Origin: Candidatus Spongiisociaceae bacterium
GTDB taxonomy: Bacteria > Actinomycetota > Acidimicrobiia > Spongiisociales > Spongiisociaceae
Assembly (NCBI GenBank): GCA_965262915.1
Contig: OZ253564.1
Location: 4,576,001-4,640,000, forward strand
Length of the DNA: 64,000 bases
Direction of reading: 5' to 3'
The notes beneath the pieces were generated by a model that worked only from the letters and a program-made list of their open reading frames with translations, did not search any database and had not been told where the DNA came from. Shown piece after piece: positions 30,287 to 40,476 of this stretch. How positions within the stretch are numbered: position 1 is the stretch's first letter; each line of letters starts with the position of its first letter. The position numbers and the translations under genes were made by a program.

Positions 30287-31295
30287 CTCTCGTGTAGCAG
30301 TCGTCGGGGCTACCGGGGCGGTGGGCCGCACCATGGTGGCGATCCTCGAGGATCGGGACTTTCCGCTCTCGGAGCTGCGGCTGATGGCCTCGGCTCGTTC
30401 CGCAGGCACCAGGGTGACCACCCGCTGGGGCGAGATCGTGGTGGAGGATCTGGCCTCGGCCGACCCCGCCGGTCTCGACATCGCTCTCTTCTCGGCCGGC
30501 GCGGCGCGCAGCCGGCAGTACGCACCGGCCTTCGCCGCCGCCGGAGCGGTCGTGATCGACAATTCGTCGGCTTTCCGCCAGGTTCCCGGAGTGCCGCTGG
30601 TGGTGGCCCGGGTCAACGACCGCGCGGCGGGCTCACACCGCGGGATCATCGCCAACCCCAACTGCACCACCATGACCTTGATGATGGTTGCCGGCCCCCT
30701 CCACCGCCACGCCGGTCTGGCCCGGATGGTGGCCATGTCCTACCAGTCCGTGTCGGGCGCCGGCATGACGGGGATGGACGCCCTGATGCACCAGACCGCG
30801 TTGCTCGTGGACCAGCGTGAGGCCCTGGTATCGGGGACGTGGGAAGACCCGGGTAGCGAACCGTTCCAACGCCCGATCGGCTTCAACGTCCTTCCGATGG
30901 CCGGTTCGATGACCGAGGCCGGTCACACCGACGAGGAGTGGAAACTGGTGAACGAGACCCGCAAGATCCTCGAGCGGGAGGATATCTCGGTGGAGCCGAC
31001 CTGCGTGCGGGTGCCGGTGATGGTAGGGCACGGCATCTCGGCCACCATGTGGTTCGATACCCCTGTAGACGTGGACACCGCCACGCGGATCCTCGAGGAA
31101 GCTCCCGGGCTGGAGCTGTGGTCCGACGATCACGTCGCAACGCCGCTCGACTCGGCCGGTACCGACCCGGTCCTCGCGTCCCGCATCCGGGGAACCCTCG
31201 GAGAACCGGGCGGGATCAGCCTGTGGGTGGTGGGCGACAACCTCCGCAAGGGCGCGGCGCTCAACGCGGTCGAGATCGCCGAACTCCTCATCTGA
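30279..31295 (+). CDS. asd: Aspartate-semialdehyde dehydrogenase
   Basis: GATGAVG, ANPNCTT, YQSVSGAG, DNLRKGAALN. Confidence 0.97.
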   Translation: MRDSRVAVVGATGAVGRTMVAILEDRDFPLSELRLMASARSAGTRVTTRWGEIVVEDLASADPAGLDIALFSAGAARSRQYAPAFAAAGAVVIDNSSAFRQVPGVPLVVARVNDRAAGSHRGIIANPNCTTMTLMMVAGPLHRHAGLARMVAMSYQSVSGAGMTGMDALMHQTALLVDQREALVSGTWEDPGSEPFQRPIGFNVLPMAGSMTEAGHTDEEWKLVNETRKILEREDISVEPTCVRVPVMVGHGISATMWFDTPVDVDTATRILEEAPGLELWSDDHVATPLDSAGTDPVLASRIRGTLGEPGGISLWVVGDNLRKGAALNAVEIAELLI

Positions 31296-31343
31296 ACCCG
31301 CCGTCGGCTCCTTGTCGACGGTCCAGGGAACTAGACTGACCAC

Positions 31344-32123
31344 ATGAACAATCCGACCCCGCTCTGGGTTTCCGGCCCGGAATCCACTTCAGGGCCGGCT
31401 GCTTCCGAGCCCTCCTTCGAGACCGTCGAAGAGCTCCGGGCCTACAGGAAGCGGGTACTCGTAACCGCCTACCGGCTGTTCGGCGCCTTCGGATGGGGGT
31501 CCCTGGGTGACGGGCACATAACGGTTCGCGACCCCGAGCAGACCAACGCGATGTGGCTCATCCGCCACGGTGTCCCTTTCCACAGGACCACGACCGACGA
31601 TCTGGTCCTGGTAGGGCCTGACGGGAGGGTGGAAAGCACGCATGCCATCAACATGACCGCCTACTACATCCATGCCCCGATACATGAGGCCCGGCCCGAG
31701 GTCGTAGCCGTGGCCCATACCCACACCCCGTACGCCACGCCGTGGGCCGCCAACGTGGAGTACTTCCGGATGATCTGCCAGGAGGCCACGGCCTTCTTCG
31801 AGGACCACTCCATCTTCGACGGCGAGGAGGTCCAGGTCGCGGACTTCGACACCGGAAAGCGGATCGCCGCCGCCCTCGGGGAGACCAAGGCGGTCCTGCT
31901 TCGTAACCACGGTCCGCTGACGGTGGGATACTCCGTGGAGGAGGCAATCGGCTGGTTCCTGCTCCTCGAACGGGTGGCCGAGGTTCACGTGAAGGCCCAT
32001 CGCGCCAAGCCGATCAGCGACGAGGCAGCCCGGATCGCCACCACCGAGATAGGGCACGTCGGCATGGCGCTCAACGCCTTCGAGTACGCGGTGATGTCCA
32101 AGCTGGCCGACCCGCACGTCTGA
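31344..32123 (+). CDS. Class II aldolase/adducin family protein
   Basis: GHITVRDP, IHAPIHEARP, AHTH, LRNHG. Confidence 0.9.
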   Translation: MNNPTPLWVSGPESTSGPAASEPSFETVEELRAYRKRVLVTAYRLFGAFGWGSLGDGHITVRDPEQTNAMWLIRHGVPFHRTTTDDLVLVGPDGRVESTHAINMTAYYIHAPIHEARPEVVAVAHTHTPYATPWAANVEYFRMICQEATAFFEDHSIFDGEEVQVADFDTGKRIAAALGETKAVLLRNHGPLTVGYSVEEAIGWFLLLERVAEVHVKAHRAKPISDEAARIATTEIGHVGMALNAFEYAVMSKLADPHV

Positions 32124-32178
32124 GAAGGCCCTCGAAACAGGGGATAGCGCATACCTGCCGCCAACGGCGCGGCCACCG

Positions 32179-32352
32179 TTACTAAAGCGAACCACAGAGC
32201 GCTTCACTAGCTCAGGCGCCAAGTAAAGGCCGCTTTAGTTAGACCCCACGTAACTAAAGTCAAATGGGAGAAGCTTTACTAAGCAGGCCACGTATTCAAG
32301 TCCTCTTTAGGAGAGCACACCCCAAGTAAAGCAATCCCCACAAAGCTTTATT
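32179..32352. repeat. Phased array of ten alternating TAAAG/CTTTA boxes (72-bp period) upstream of fic
   Basis: Boxes start at 32183, 32202, 32224, 32233, 32255, 32274, 32296, 32305, 32327, 32346; spacers 14,17,4,17,14,17,4,17,14. Confidence 0.9.
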
Positions 32353-32390
32353 AAGCTCCATCGTGTACCCCTCCTGAGAAAGGTATCACC

Positions 32391-33557
32391 GTGCACCCAG
32401 ACGCCTTCCGCTCCACAGAGCGCGGCACGGTCCGGATGACGCTCCGTGGGTACCGGGCGTTCCATCCAAATCGCTTGCCCCGCCGGCTCGACCTGCCGCA
32501 GGAGGTCGTGAAGATGTTGGAAGAGGCGACCGGCGCCGTCCACCGCCTCGGCGGAATCGGACTGCTGCTTCCGAACCCACATCTGCTCATCGGCCCTCAT
32601 CTCCGGATCGAGGCCGTCCTGAGTTCACGGATCGAAGGAACGAAAACCGACATTCCTCAACTCCTACGGCTGGAGGCGGGACAAGCGCCAACCGAAGCGG
32701 ACGACTCGCGCGAGGTCGCCAACTACGTGGTGGCCATGGAGCATGGACTCGAGCGGGTACGCGAGGGGTTCCCGATATCGACGCGGCTGCTGTGCGAGAT
32801 GCACGAGCTTCTGCTAACCGGTGCCCGCGGCCAGTACCGCCGCCCAGGCGAACTCCGTACCACTCCCAACTGGATCGGCGGCACGACGCTCGAAAACGCC
32901 GTGTTCGTCCCTCCGCCGCCGGAGGAGATGGGGGAAGCTCTAACCGACTGGGAGTACTTCCTGCACGAACAAGACATGCCGCTCCTGGTGCAACTCGCCC
33001 TGGCTCATTACCAGTTCGAAGTGATCCACCCCTTCCTCGACGGCAACGGCCGGATCGGCAGGATGATGATCCCCCTGATGCTCGTGCTGCGGGGCGCCCT
33101 CACCCAACCTCTCCTCTACCTGTCCGCCTTCTTCGAGCAACACAGGGACGAGTACTACGACCTCCTTCTCCGTACCAGCCAGAACGGCGATCTGCTGCCC
33201 TGGATCCGGTTCTTCATGCACGGTGTCCGGCACCAAGCCCGCGAGGCCGAGGAGCGAACGATCAGACTTGTGAGACTTCAACACGCGCTCCGCGACGATC
33301 TCATCAACAAGAAACGCGCCCCCTCCGTCATCAGGCTCGCGGAACACCTCTTCACCTTTCCTCTCGTAACCGCTTCGTGGGCTGAGAAACTCTTGGGCGT
33401 AACCCGACCCACAGCCCACGCCGCCATCGAGGCCCTCGTCGAGCGGGGCGACCTCATCGAGGTCACCCACCGGAAACGCAACCGGATCTACGAAGCCCCT
33501 CGTATCTACGAGGCGGTGTACGGACCGATCGAGCAGGAGAACACGGCCGATCGATGA
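32391..33557 (+). CDS. Fic family protein with N-terminal inhibitory motif and C-terminal HTH
   Basis: HPFLDGNGRIGR active site; SSRIEG; AEKLLGVTRPTAHAAIEALVERG..EVT..RNRIY wHTH; GAAAGG RBS. Confidence 0.93.
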   Translation: MHPDAFRSTERGTVRMTLRGYRAFHPNRLPRRLDLPQEVVKMLEEATGAVHRLGGIGLLLPNPHLLIGPHLRIEAVLSSRIEGTKTDIPQLLRLEAGQAPTEADDSREVANYVVAMEHGLERVREGFPISTRLLCEMHELLLTGARGQYRRPGELRTTPNWIGGTTLENAVFVPPPPEEMGEALTDWEYFLHEQDMPLLVQLALAHYQFEVIHPFLDGNGRIGRMMIPLMLVLRGALTQPLLYLSAFFEQHRDEYYDLLLRTSQNGDLLPWIRFFMHGVRHQAREAEERTIRLVRLQHALRDDLINKKRAPSVIRLAEHLFTFPLVTASWAEKLLGVTRPTAHAAIEALVERGDLIEVTHRKRNRIYEAPRIYEAVYGPIEQENTADR

Positions 33558-33619
33558 CCCCCTCGGTCGCCCGAGTGCCGCTCTGCAGAGCGTCGCACGC
33601 TCCACAGTGCCTCAAACAC

Positions 33620-34393
33620 CTATGGCACGGTGAAGGTCAGCGAGTACTCGCCGTTGACTGTCACGCTGAAGGTCTCACCGGTGACCAGCGAGTTGCCGAG
33701 GGAGACGATGCCGTCGAGTTCCAGGTTCTTGTCCGAGCAGTCGATAGCCCAGGGAGCAGGCGGAGGAACCCACGCCGTCACTGCAACATCGACAACCAAG
33801 CCATCGACGGTAGCCTCCTCACGTCCCCGCTGGTAGCAACCGTCGATATCGGATACGAGGTAGACAACACGGACGAAGGCTTCGTCACCTTGCCAGATCA
33901 TGTGGACATCGGTGACGGAAACAGCCTCCTCGACCGGCGCCCGGTCCGCGGCGCTCCATTCACCGTCCACCATGTGCGGCGGCGGCTCGACCATCGCCAG
34001 CACGATGTTCACCTTGCCGGGATTCCCTCGGGTGATGACGTCATACGCGGTGTCGTTGATGAACGCCAAGCGACCGTCCGACTCGTCGATCCGTGCTGAG
34101 ATCGAGTAGGTGCTACCCGGATCGATGTCCCCTCGGTGGTACGGGACCTTGAACTTGATCGGAACCTGGCCCGGATCCGAGATGACCTGTTCGGCGATGA
34201 GTTGCGCCGGGGCGTCCATGTAGGAAGTGTCGCGAAGTTGCACCGTCAGGGTGGCGCCGGGGGTCAGGGAGATCCGCTCCCGGTAGGTGATCGTACCTTA
34301 GACCGATGCCTCACCATCGAAGACAGCGACGAAAGCCAGGATCAGGCCGATCCCGATGCCGGCCCGCAGGATTGTCTTGCCCTTGATCCTCAT
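33620..34393 (-). pseudogene. YbaY-family protein with a premature in-frame TAA
   Basis: MRIKGKTILRAG...EASV*GTITYRERISLTPGATLTVQLRDTSYMDAPA; TAA at 34298-34300. Confidence 0.8.
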
Positions 34394-34594
34394 CTCTGCG
34401 ACCTCCTTGGAGTCCGACAAGCGAGCCAGCCTCGGATTGGACGCCTACACCCCTACGACGCTTTCGACCGCGCTCTGGTTCCCCGGGAGCCGAATTGGCT
34501 GGGATGGATAAGGCAAAGAGTCCACTCATCAGTGTGCACCCGAAGGCCACCGAAGGAGTTCCCTGAGACCGCTGAGGGTTTTCGAAGGTTTCCT

Positions 34595-34671
<77 letters not shown>

Positions 34672-34683
34672 TGCCGGTCGAGT

Positions 34684-35970
34684 CTACCCGACTGCGGCGA
34701 GGGTGTTGTCCGGGCCCGGCGTCCTGCGTACCCTGATCTTGGATATCCGGCGACGGTCCATCACCAGCACGGTGAACACCAGATCCCGGTAGTCCACCCT
34801 GTCCCCCACCTCCGGAATATGGCCCGACAGGTACAGGAACAATCCGGCCACCGTCGAGTAGGGACCATCATCGACCGCCGCGCCGGTAGCTACCTCGAAC
34901 TCGTCGATCGGGGTTCGCCCGTCGGCCAGCCAGGTGTCACTGCCCACCGGCAGGGTCATCGGAACCCGCGGGTCGTACTCGTCCTGGAGTTCCCCCACCA
35001 GTTCCTCGACCAGATCCTTGATGGTTACGAGGCCGTCCACACCGCCGTGCTCGTCCATCACCACCGCTATGCCCGTTCGGCGGGCTCGAAGGTCATGGAG
35101 TACCCGCATTACCGGGGTGCTCTCCGGGGCATAATGCGGCGCCCGCAGGAGGGCCATTATCTCGTCCTCGGCCAGATCGCGGCTCTGGCTGAGGACATCC
35201 TTGGCGTAGAGGATCCCGCGGATGGAATCCAGGTCGCCCTCGTCGCTCACCACCGGGTACCGGGAGTGCGCCGTGCCGGCCACCGCCTCCCTGACCGCCG
35301 TGGAGGTCACCGGCACCGAGAGGGTGACGATGTCCACCCGGGGGGTCATCACATCGCGGACCGGCTGGTCGGCGGTCTCGAACAGGCGCTCGATGATCTC
35401 TCGCTCCACCGACGCGATCTCGCCCCTCCGCTCGCCGAGTATGGCCAGGGCCCGGACATCGGCCAGCGTTATGCTCCGGTCACCGGATGGCGGGAGCCCG
35501 AACAGCCGGATTATCCCCCTCCCGAGGCCGATGAAGACCCGCGATATGGGTCGCAGCGCCACCGCCAGCATCCAGACAGGAACGGCCGCGATGAGCCCGT
35601 ACCTCTCCGGGTAGCGCGCCGCCAGCGTCTTGGGGGTCACCTCTCCGATCACCAGCACCAGGATCGTCACGACCACCGTCGAGAGGATCGTTCCCCAGCC
35701 CTCACCCACCAGGCTGATGGCGACGGCGGCGGCCACCGAGGTGGCCAGGATGTTGACGAAGTTGTTAGCGACCAGAATGGTTCCGATCGACCCTTCGAGG
35801 TCGCGTACCAGAGCCTCGAGGCGGCGCCCCCGCCTCCCCGTCTCCGCCAGTTGATGGATGCGCTCCCTCGGGACCGCGGTCAGTGCGGTCTCGCTGCCCG
35901 AGAGGAAACCGGATGACAGCAGGCAGATACCGAACACCACCAGCAGGACCAGGCGAAGGGAGGCGATCAT
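34684..35970 (-). CDS. HlyC/CorC (CNNM-CBS) family protein
   Basis: SGSETAL, GEVTPK, VMTPR, HSRYPV, DEHGG..GLVT.KD..EE.VGE. Confidence 0.92.
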   Translation of the reverse strand: MIASLRLVLLVVFGICLLSSGFLSGSETALTAVPRERIHQLAETGRRGRRLEALVRDLEGSIGTILVANNFVNILATSVAAAVAISLVGEGWGTILSTVVVTILVLVIGEVTPKTLAARYPERYGLIAAVPVWMLAVALRPISRVFIGLGRGIIRLFGLPPSGDRSITLADVRALAILGERRGEIASVEREIIERLFETADQPVRDVMTPRVDIVTLSVPVTSTAVREAVAGTAHSRYPVVSDEGDLDSIRGILYAKDVLSQSRDLAEDEIMALLRAPHYAPESTPVMRVLHDLRARRTGIAVVMDEHGGVDGLVTIKDLVEELVGELQDEYDPRVPMTLPVGSDTWLADGRTPIDEFEVATGAAVDDGPYSTVAGLFLYLSGHIPEVGDRVDYRDLVFTVLVMDRRRISKIRVRRTPGPDNTLAAVG

Positions 35971-35995
35971 CAGGACACCGAAGCACCCGGCTCGG

Positions 35996-36358
35996 TCAGC
36001 GGTCCGCTCCTACCGGGAGGACGGCGGCCAGTACCGACCGCAACTCCTGGGCGCTGAAGGGCTTGAGCAGCCAGGCATCGGCCCCGGCTCTCCTGGCGAT
36101 GAACGCGTCGACTCGCCGGTCCAGAAGCAGGACTATCGCGCCCAGGTCGGGAGAGACGCCCTTCAGATTGCGAATGATCGCCATACCGCCCATCGAACCG
36201 ACTTGCATATCGACGATCGCCGCAGCCCCGCCCTCTTCCGCCGCCACGGTCTCGACCTGGTACGGGTCGCCCACCTCCACGATATCGGCCCACCCGCTGA
36301 GAGCGGCCCGCACCTGGTTCCGCACCCAGGGAGCATCGGATACCACTAGCACCTTCAC
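35996..36358 (-). CDS. Stand-alone response regulator receiver domain protein
   Basis: IVDMQ...GGMA, GADAWLLKPF. Confidence 0.75.
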   Translation of the reverse strand: MKVLVVSDAPWVRNQVRAALSGWADIVEVGDPYQVETVAAEEGGAAAIVDMQVGSMGGMAIIRNLKGVSPDLGAIVLLLDRRVDAFIARRAGADAWLLKPFSAQELRSVLAAVLPVGADR

Positions 36359-36460
36359 GACCTCAACTGTAGCCACTCCGGCGCCCATACCCCTCCCCGG
36401 AGAGTCTCTCCGGGCGTCGCCGCCCATGTCGGAACTTCCCGCCTCTAAAATCCCGCGCTC

Positions 36461-37714
36461 ATGAGTCGGCGCGCCCTGTTCCTCCTGATCCTCATTCTCC
36501 TGCTGCTTGCCGCGGGAGGTGGTTCGCCGATGGCCGCCGGCCAGGACGAGTACATCGAGATAATCGAGATCAACGGGAACCTCGACAGGACAGCGATCAA
36601 CTTCGTCTTGGACCGGATCGAGGCCGCCGCGACCGCGGGCGCCTCAGCTGCGATCATCCAGCTCGACTCGCGCGCCTCCCTGTCGGAGACGGTCAACCAC
36701 CTGGTGACCCGCGTTGCCGACCCGCCCCTGCCGCTCGTCGTCTGGGTGGGACCTCACCCGGCGGTGGCCTTCGGGGGCGCCGCCCACCTGCTCGCCGCCG
36801 CGCCGATCAGGGCAGCCGCTCCCGGGGTCGAGATAGGCCATGCCCTTCCTGCCGTTGCGGGTCGCCCTCACGGGCGCGCGCCAACCGATCTGCCCGACGG
36901 GTTCTCCCGCGGCGCGGTCACGGTGCGCGAGCCCATCGAGGGTCTGGTGGACGTCGTCGCCCCCTCGATCAGCAACCTGCTGGTCGAGTTGGAGGGACGG
37001 TCGGTGTCGGTGCGGGGAAGCGAGACGATCCTGCACACCACCCGGGAGACGGAGACCGGTGTAGCGGCCGTGCCCACCCTGTTCTCCGAACCCGGCGCCG
37101 GGGTGAGGCTGCTGCGCATCGCCACCGGGGTGGAAGCGGCCTTCTTCTTCCTGATGATCGGACTCGCGCTGGCGGTCTTCGAGTTCTATGCCCTCGGCCC
37201 CGGACTCGGCGCCGGGGTGGCGGCGATCTCCCTGCTGATCGGGGGTTACGGTCTCGCCGTCCTGCCTCTGCGATGGTGGGCCGTGGCGGCTGCGCTGCTG
37301 GGGGTCTGGCTCCTGACGGCGGATTTCCAGCGAGGCCGGAGCGGGCCCTTGACGGTCGCCGGCGCGGTCTCGATGATGATCGGCGGCCTGTTCTTCACCG
37401 ATGCCGCTCCCCAGATCCGCCCGTCGTGGTGGATCGTCCTGGTGATAGTGATCTCCATCACCGCCTTCTACGTGGTGGGCATGCGAACGGTGGCCCGGGC
37501 CCGTTTCTCGACCCCGACCGTGGGTCGGGACCACCTGGTGGGTCAGGCGGGAGTGGCGGTCAGCAGCTTCGGCCCCGATGGCGTGATCGAAGTCGGCGGC
37601 GCCCGCTGGAAGGCAACGGCCCACCGCGAGTCGGGCCTGGATCCCGGAGATCCGGTGGTGGTCCGAGCCGTCGACGGCTCGGTACTGGAAGTGGAACCTG
37701 CAACGGAGCCCTGA
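36461..37714 (+). CDS. NfeD family membrane protein
   Basis: N-terminal ClpP-like region, TM domain, C-terminal OB fold (G.IEVGGARW.A). Confidence 0.85.
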   Translation: MSRRALFLLILILLLLAAGGGSPMAAGQDEYIEIIEINGNLDRTAINFVLDRIEAAATAGASAAIIQLDSRASLSETVNHLVTRVADPPLPLVVWVGPHPAVAFGGAAHLLAAAPIRAAAPGVEIGHALPAVAGRPHGRAPTDLPDGFSRGAVTVREPIEGLVDVVAPSISNLLVELEGRSVSVRGSETILHTTRETETGVAAVPTLFSEPGAGVRLLRIATGVEAAFFFLMIGLALAVFEFYALGPGLGAGVAAISLLIGGYGLAVLPLRWWAVAAALLGVWLLTADFQRGRSGPLTVAGAVSMMIGGLFFTDAAPQIRPSWWIVLVIVISITAFYVVGMRTVARARFSTPTVGRDHLVGQAGVAVSSFGPDGVIEVGGARWKATAHRESGLDPGDPVVVRAVDGSVLEVEPATEP

Positions 37715-37723
37715 TCAGGCCAG

Positions 37724-37787
37724 TGGTCTGCCTGCAAAGTGATCCAGCGTGCCCTGCTTGCCAACCGCCATTTTCACAAACAGACCA
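37724..37787. mobile_element. MITE-like repeat, family A (short inverted copy)
   Basis: TGGTCTGCCTGCAAA...GTGCCCTGCTTGCC...TTTCACAAACAGACCA flanked by CCAG on both sides. Confidence 0.8.
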
Positions 37788-37831
37788 CCAGATCGACCAA
37801 GACATGCGGAGTCCCAACGGGGGACACCTCG

Positions 37832-40132
37832 TCACACCATACGAGGGACGGTCCTCCAACCGCCGAGGAATCGCTGCTTATGATCGAGCTGCTCGATCAG
37901 GTCGCGAGCCCGGTAAAGGAAGGCCGCCATCTGCCCCCGGGTCACCAGGTCGTCAGGGCAGTACAGCCGGGGGCCGCAGCCCATCGTGATCCCGGCGTGC
38001 GCCAAACGGTTGATGTCATCCTCGAACACCGACCCAGCGTCGTCGTCGAAGAGGTCGACCGAGGCCGCAGCCAACCGGAGGGCTCGGCTCAGGAACGCCG
38101 CCATCTGCGACCGCGTGATCGGCTCCGCGGGACAGTAGCGTCGGGAACCGCAGCCCATCGTGATCCCGGCGTGCGCCAAACGGTTGATGTCATCCTCGAA
38201 CACCGACCCAGCGTCGTCGTCGAAATGGTCGGACGCATCATCGGTTCCGGGAGGGTTCAGGGCGCGCATCAGGAACGCCGCCATCTGAACACGGTTCACA
38301 GCGTCGTCCGGGCAGAAGCTGTACCACCTGTCGCATCCGCGGGTGATTCCTCGATTCCCGAGCCACACGATCTCCTCGACGAAGGCGTGGCCTGCTATGT
38401 CGAAGAGAGCGGTGAAAGCAGCATATCCGTAGTGCTTAACACCTTCCGAGTCCGTTGCGGTGACCTGCACCCGGTAGTGGCCCCAGGTGCCCGGGCGGTA
38501 GGTGAGTCGCTGACCCGACGCCTCGCCCGTCGGCGGACCCGACACTTCCCATTCGTAAGTGACCGGTGCGGGGCCGTCGACGGTTCCCGCGGTAAGAACG
38601 ATCGCCTCGCGAGGAGCGGCGAAGGTCGGGCCCGCCACGTCGAGACTTCCGAGATACACGGTCAGACCCTCTCTCGGATCGAGCAGGTTCCGGGGCCACG
38701 GCCTACTCAACCGGTTCTCCCACAGGTGCAAGGTCTGAAGCCTCGGAAGGTCACCGACTTCGGGGGGAACGGCTCCGGTGAGATCATTCCCGGAGAGCGA
38801 GAGGGACCTGAGATTGGCAAGCCCGCCCAACTCGGGTGGGATCGAACCCGTCAGGCGGTTCTGGGCGAGGCTGAGCACCGTAAGGTTGCTGAGCCCACCC
38901 AACTCGGGAGGGACCGGCCCGGTCAACTGGTTGTGGCTCAGGCCGAGAACCTCTATCTCGGCGAGCCGGCCCAACTCGGCGGGAATCGATCCGGACAGTG
39001 CGTTGCGATCCAACCGCAGGGCGGACAGCTTCGAGAGTTGGCCCAACTCGGGTGGGATCGATCCAGACAGCTTGTTGTTCCAGAGCCACACACGGGCGAG
39101 CTTCTCAAGCCTACCTAACTCCTTGGGGATCGGTCCGCCGATCTCGTTGTCGTACATGTACAGATTCCGGAGATCAGCGAGCTCACCCACTTGAGATGGG
39201 ATCGGGCCCAGCAGGCGGTTTCTCGAGAGATCCAACACCTGGAGCCTGGCAAGTCCCCCGAGTTGGGCCGGGATCGGTCCGCTCACGCGGGAACCGGATA
39301 TGTCGAGTCTTTCCAGGTTGGTCAGCTGCCCCAACTCTTCGGGTAGCGACCCCGAGAGCCGATTGCTCTGCAGGTAGAGCCACTTGAGGTTGGCGAGTCT
39401 GCCAAGCTCCCGCGGGATCGGGCCGGTGATCTCATTGAGTCCGAGATCGAGGATTCGGAGTTTGGCCAGATTCCCCAACTCGGGAGGGATAGGTCCGATC
39501 AGCTCATTGTGTCCGAGGTCGAGCTTCACCAGTTTGGCGAGCCGACCCAACTCGGATGGGATCTGCCCGCTCAGCTTGTTTGAGAAGAGCAAGAGATGTC
39601 GAAGGTTCTCCAGATTCCCCAACTCGGCCGGGAGGGGTCCGCTCAGCGAGTTGCTCTCCAGGTTCAGCCAGGTGAGGTTGGTGAGCTGCCCCAGCTCGGC
39701 GGGTATTCTCCAGACTAGGAGGTTGGCGCCGAGATCGAGCCGGCGGAGGTGAGTCAGACGACCTAGCGCCGGACTGATCTTGCCGTAGAGCCCCTCGATC
39801 CTGTTGCGGTCACCGAGTCCCACCACCCGTCCGGCTTCCTCATCCACCGTGACGCCGTGCCAGTACGCAAGCGGCGTGTGGGGCCCCCATGCACCCTCGC
39901 CGTGCTCCGGGTCGAGGTTCCCCTTCCCGCGCAGATTCGTGTAGAACTCCCACAGCGCCTCGCAGTCGGCCCGCAGTGCATCCTGTCCCGCGGGCACGAC
40001 CGTAGCCGAGTCACACGGAGAGCCCGACTCGGACCGCGCAGGCCCACCCGGTAGCACGAGTCCTGCCAGGGCAACCGCCAGCACGAGCCACCGACGTGAC
40101 TCCGACCACGCTCTGCCAACCACCATCGCCAT
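37832..40132 (-). CDS. Secreted plant-type LRR protein with PKD-like domain and C-terminal SLH repeats
   Basis: Signal peptide, 15 LxxLxLxxNxLSGxIPxELG repeats, three SLH-like repeats (TRxQMAAFL). Confidence 0.9.
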   Translation of the reverse strand: MAMVVGRAWSESRRWLVLAVALAGLVLPGGPARSESGSPCDSATVVPAGQDALRADCEALWEFYTNLRGKGNLDPEHGEGAWGPHTPLAYWHGVTVDEEAGRVVGLGDRNRIEGLYGKISPALGRLTHLRRLDLGANLLVWRIPAELGQLTNLTWLNLESNSLSGPLPAELGNLENLRHLLLFSNKLSGQIPSELGRLAKLVKLDLGHNELIGPIPPELGNLAKLRILDLGLNEITGPIPRELGRLANLKWLYLQSNRLSGSLPEELGQLTNLERLDISGSRVSGPIPAQLGGLARLQVLDLSRNRLLGPIPSQVGELADLRNLYMYDNEIGGPIPKELGRLEKLARVWLWNNKLSGSIPPELGQLSKLSALRLDRNALSGSIPAELGRLAEIEVLGLSHNQLTGPVPPELGGLSNLTVLSLAQNRLTGSIPPELGGLANLRSLSLSGNDLTGAVPPEVGDLPRLQTLHLWENRLSRPWPRNLLDPREGLTVYLGSLDVAGPTFAAPREAIVLTAGTVDGPAPVTYEWEVSGPPTGEASGQRLTYRPGTWGHYRVQVTATDSEGVKHYGYAAFTALFDIAGHAFVEEIVWLGNRGITRGCDRWYSFCPDDAVNRVQMAAFLMRALNPPGTDDASDHFDDDAGSVFEDDINRLAHAGITMGCGSRRYCPAEPITRSQMAAFLSRALRLAAASVDLFDDDAGSVFEDDINRLAHAGITMGCGPRLYCPDDLVTRGQMAAFLYRARDLIEQLDHKQRFLGGWRTVPRMV

Positions 40133-40476
40133 CCCCGATCCTGGGAGTGGTGCCTTCCGAAGATACCGGTTCTTCGGCACTCGTGTAGGTCTGACGCACA
40201 GACCACGTGCAGGAATTCCCTGGTCCAGTACATTTTTTTGTCCGCCGCGGGCCGGCGGAATCAACCGGCGCCTCGACGACGTCCACGACCCCGCGAGGTG
40301 AGATCCGCTCTTCGGAAAGGGTCCGAACGAGTCGGCGGGGCCGTCACCGATCGGCGGTCCGCAGTCGGGTTCGCCAAAAAAACCTTGCGGGGGTGCCCGA
40401 ATACCTCTTCCGGCGGCCTCCGTCTACTGGTAGGTTGATCTGGGTACAACCAGGCGGAGTATGGAGGCGGTCCACC

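Noticed and set aside
32179-32352. CRISPR, TIGR-type guide array or resolvase res site
   Set aside because: Repeats are only 5-7 bp, there are no box C/D motifs, and no cas, Nop-domain or recombinase gene is nearby; kept as a phased binding-site array
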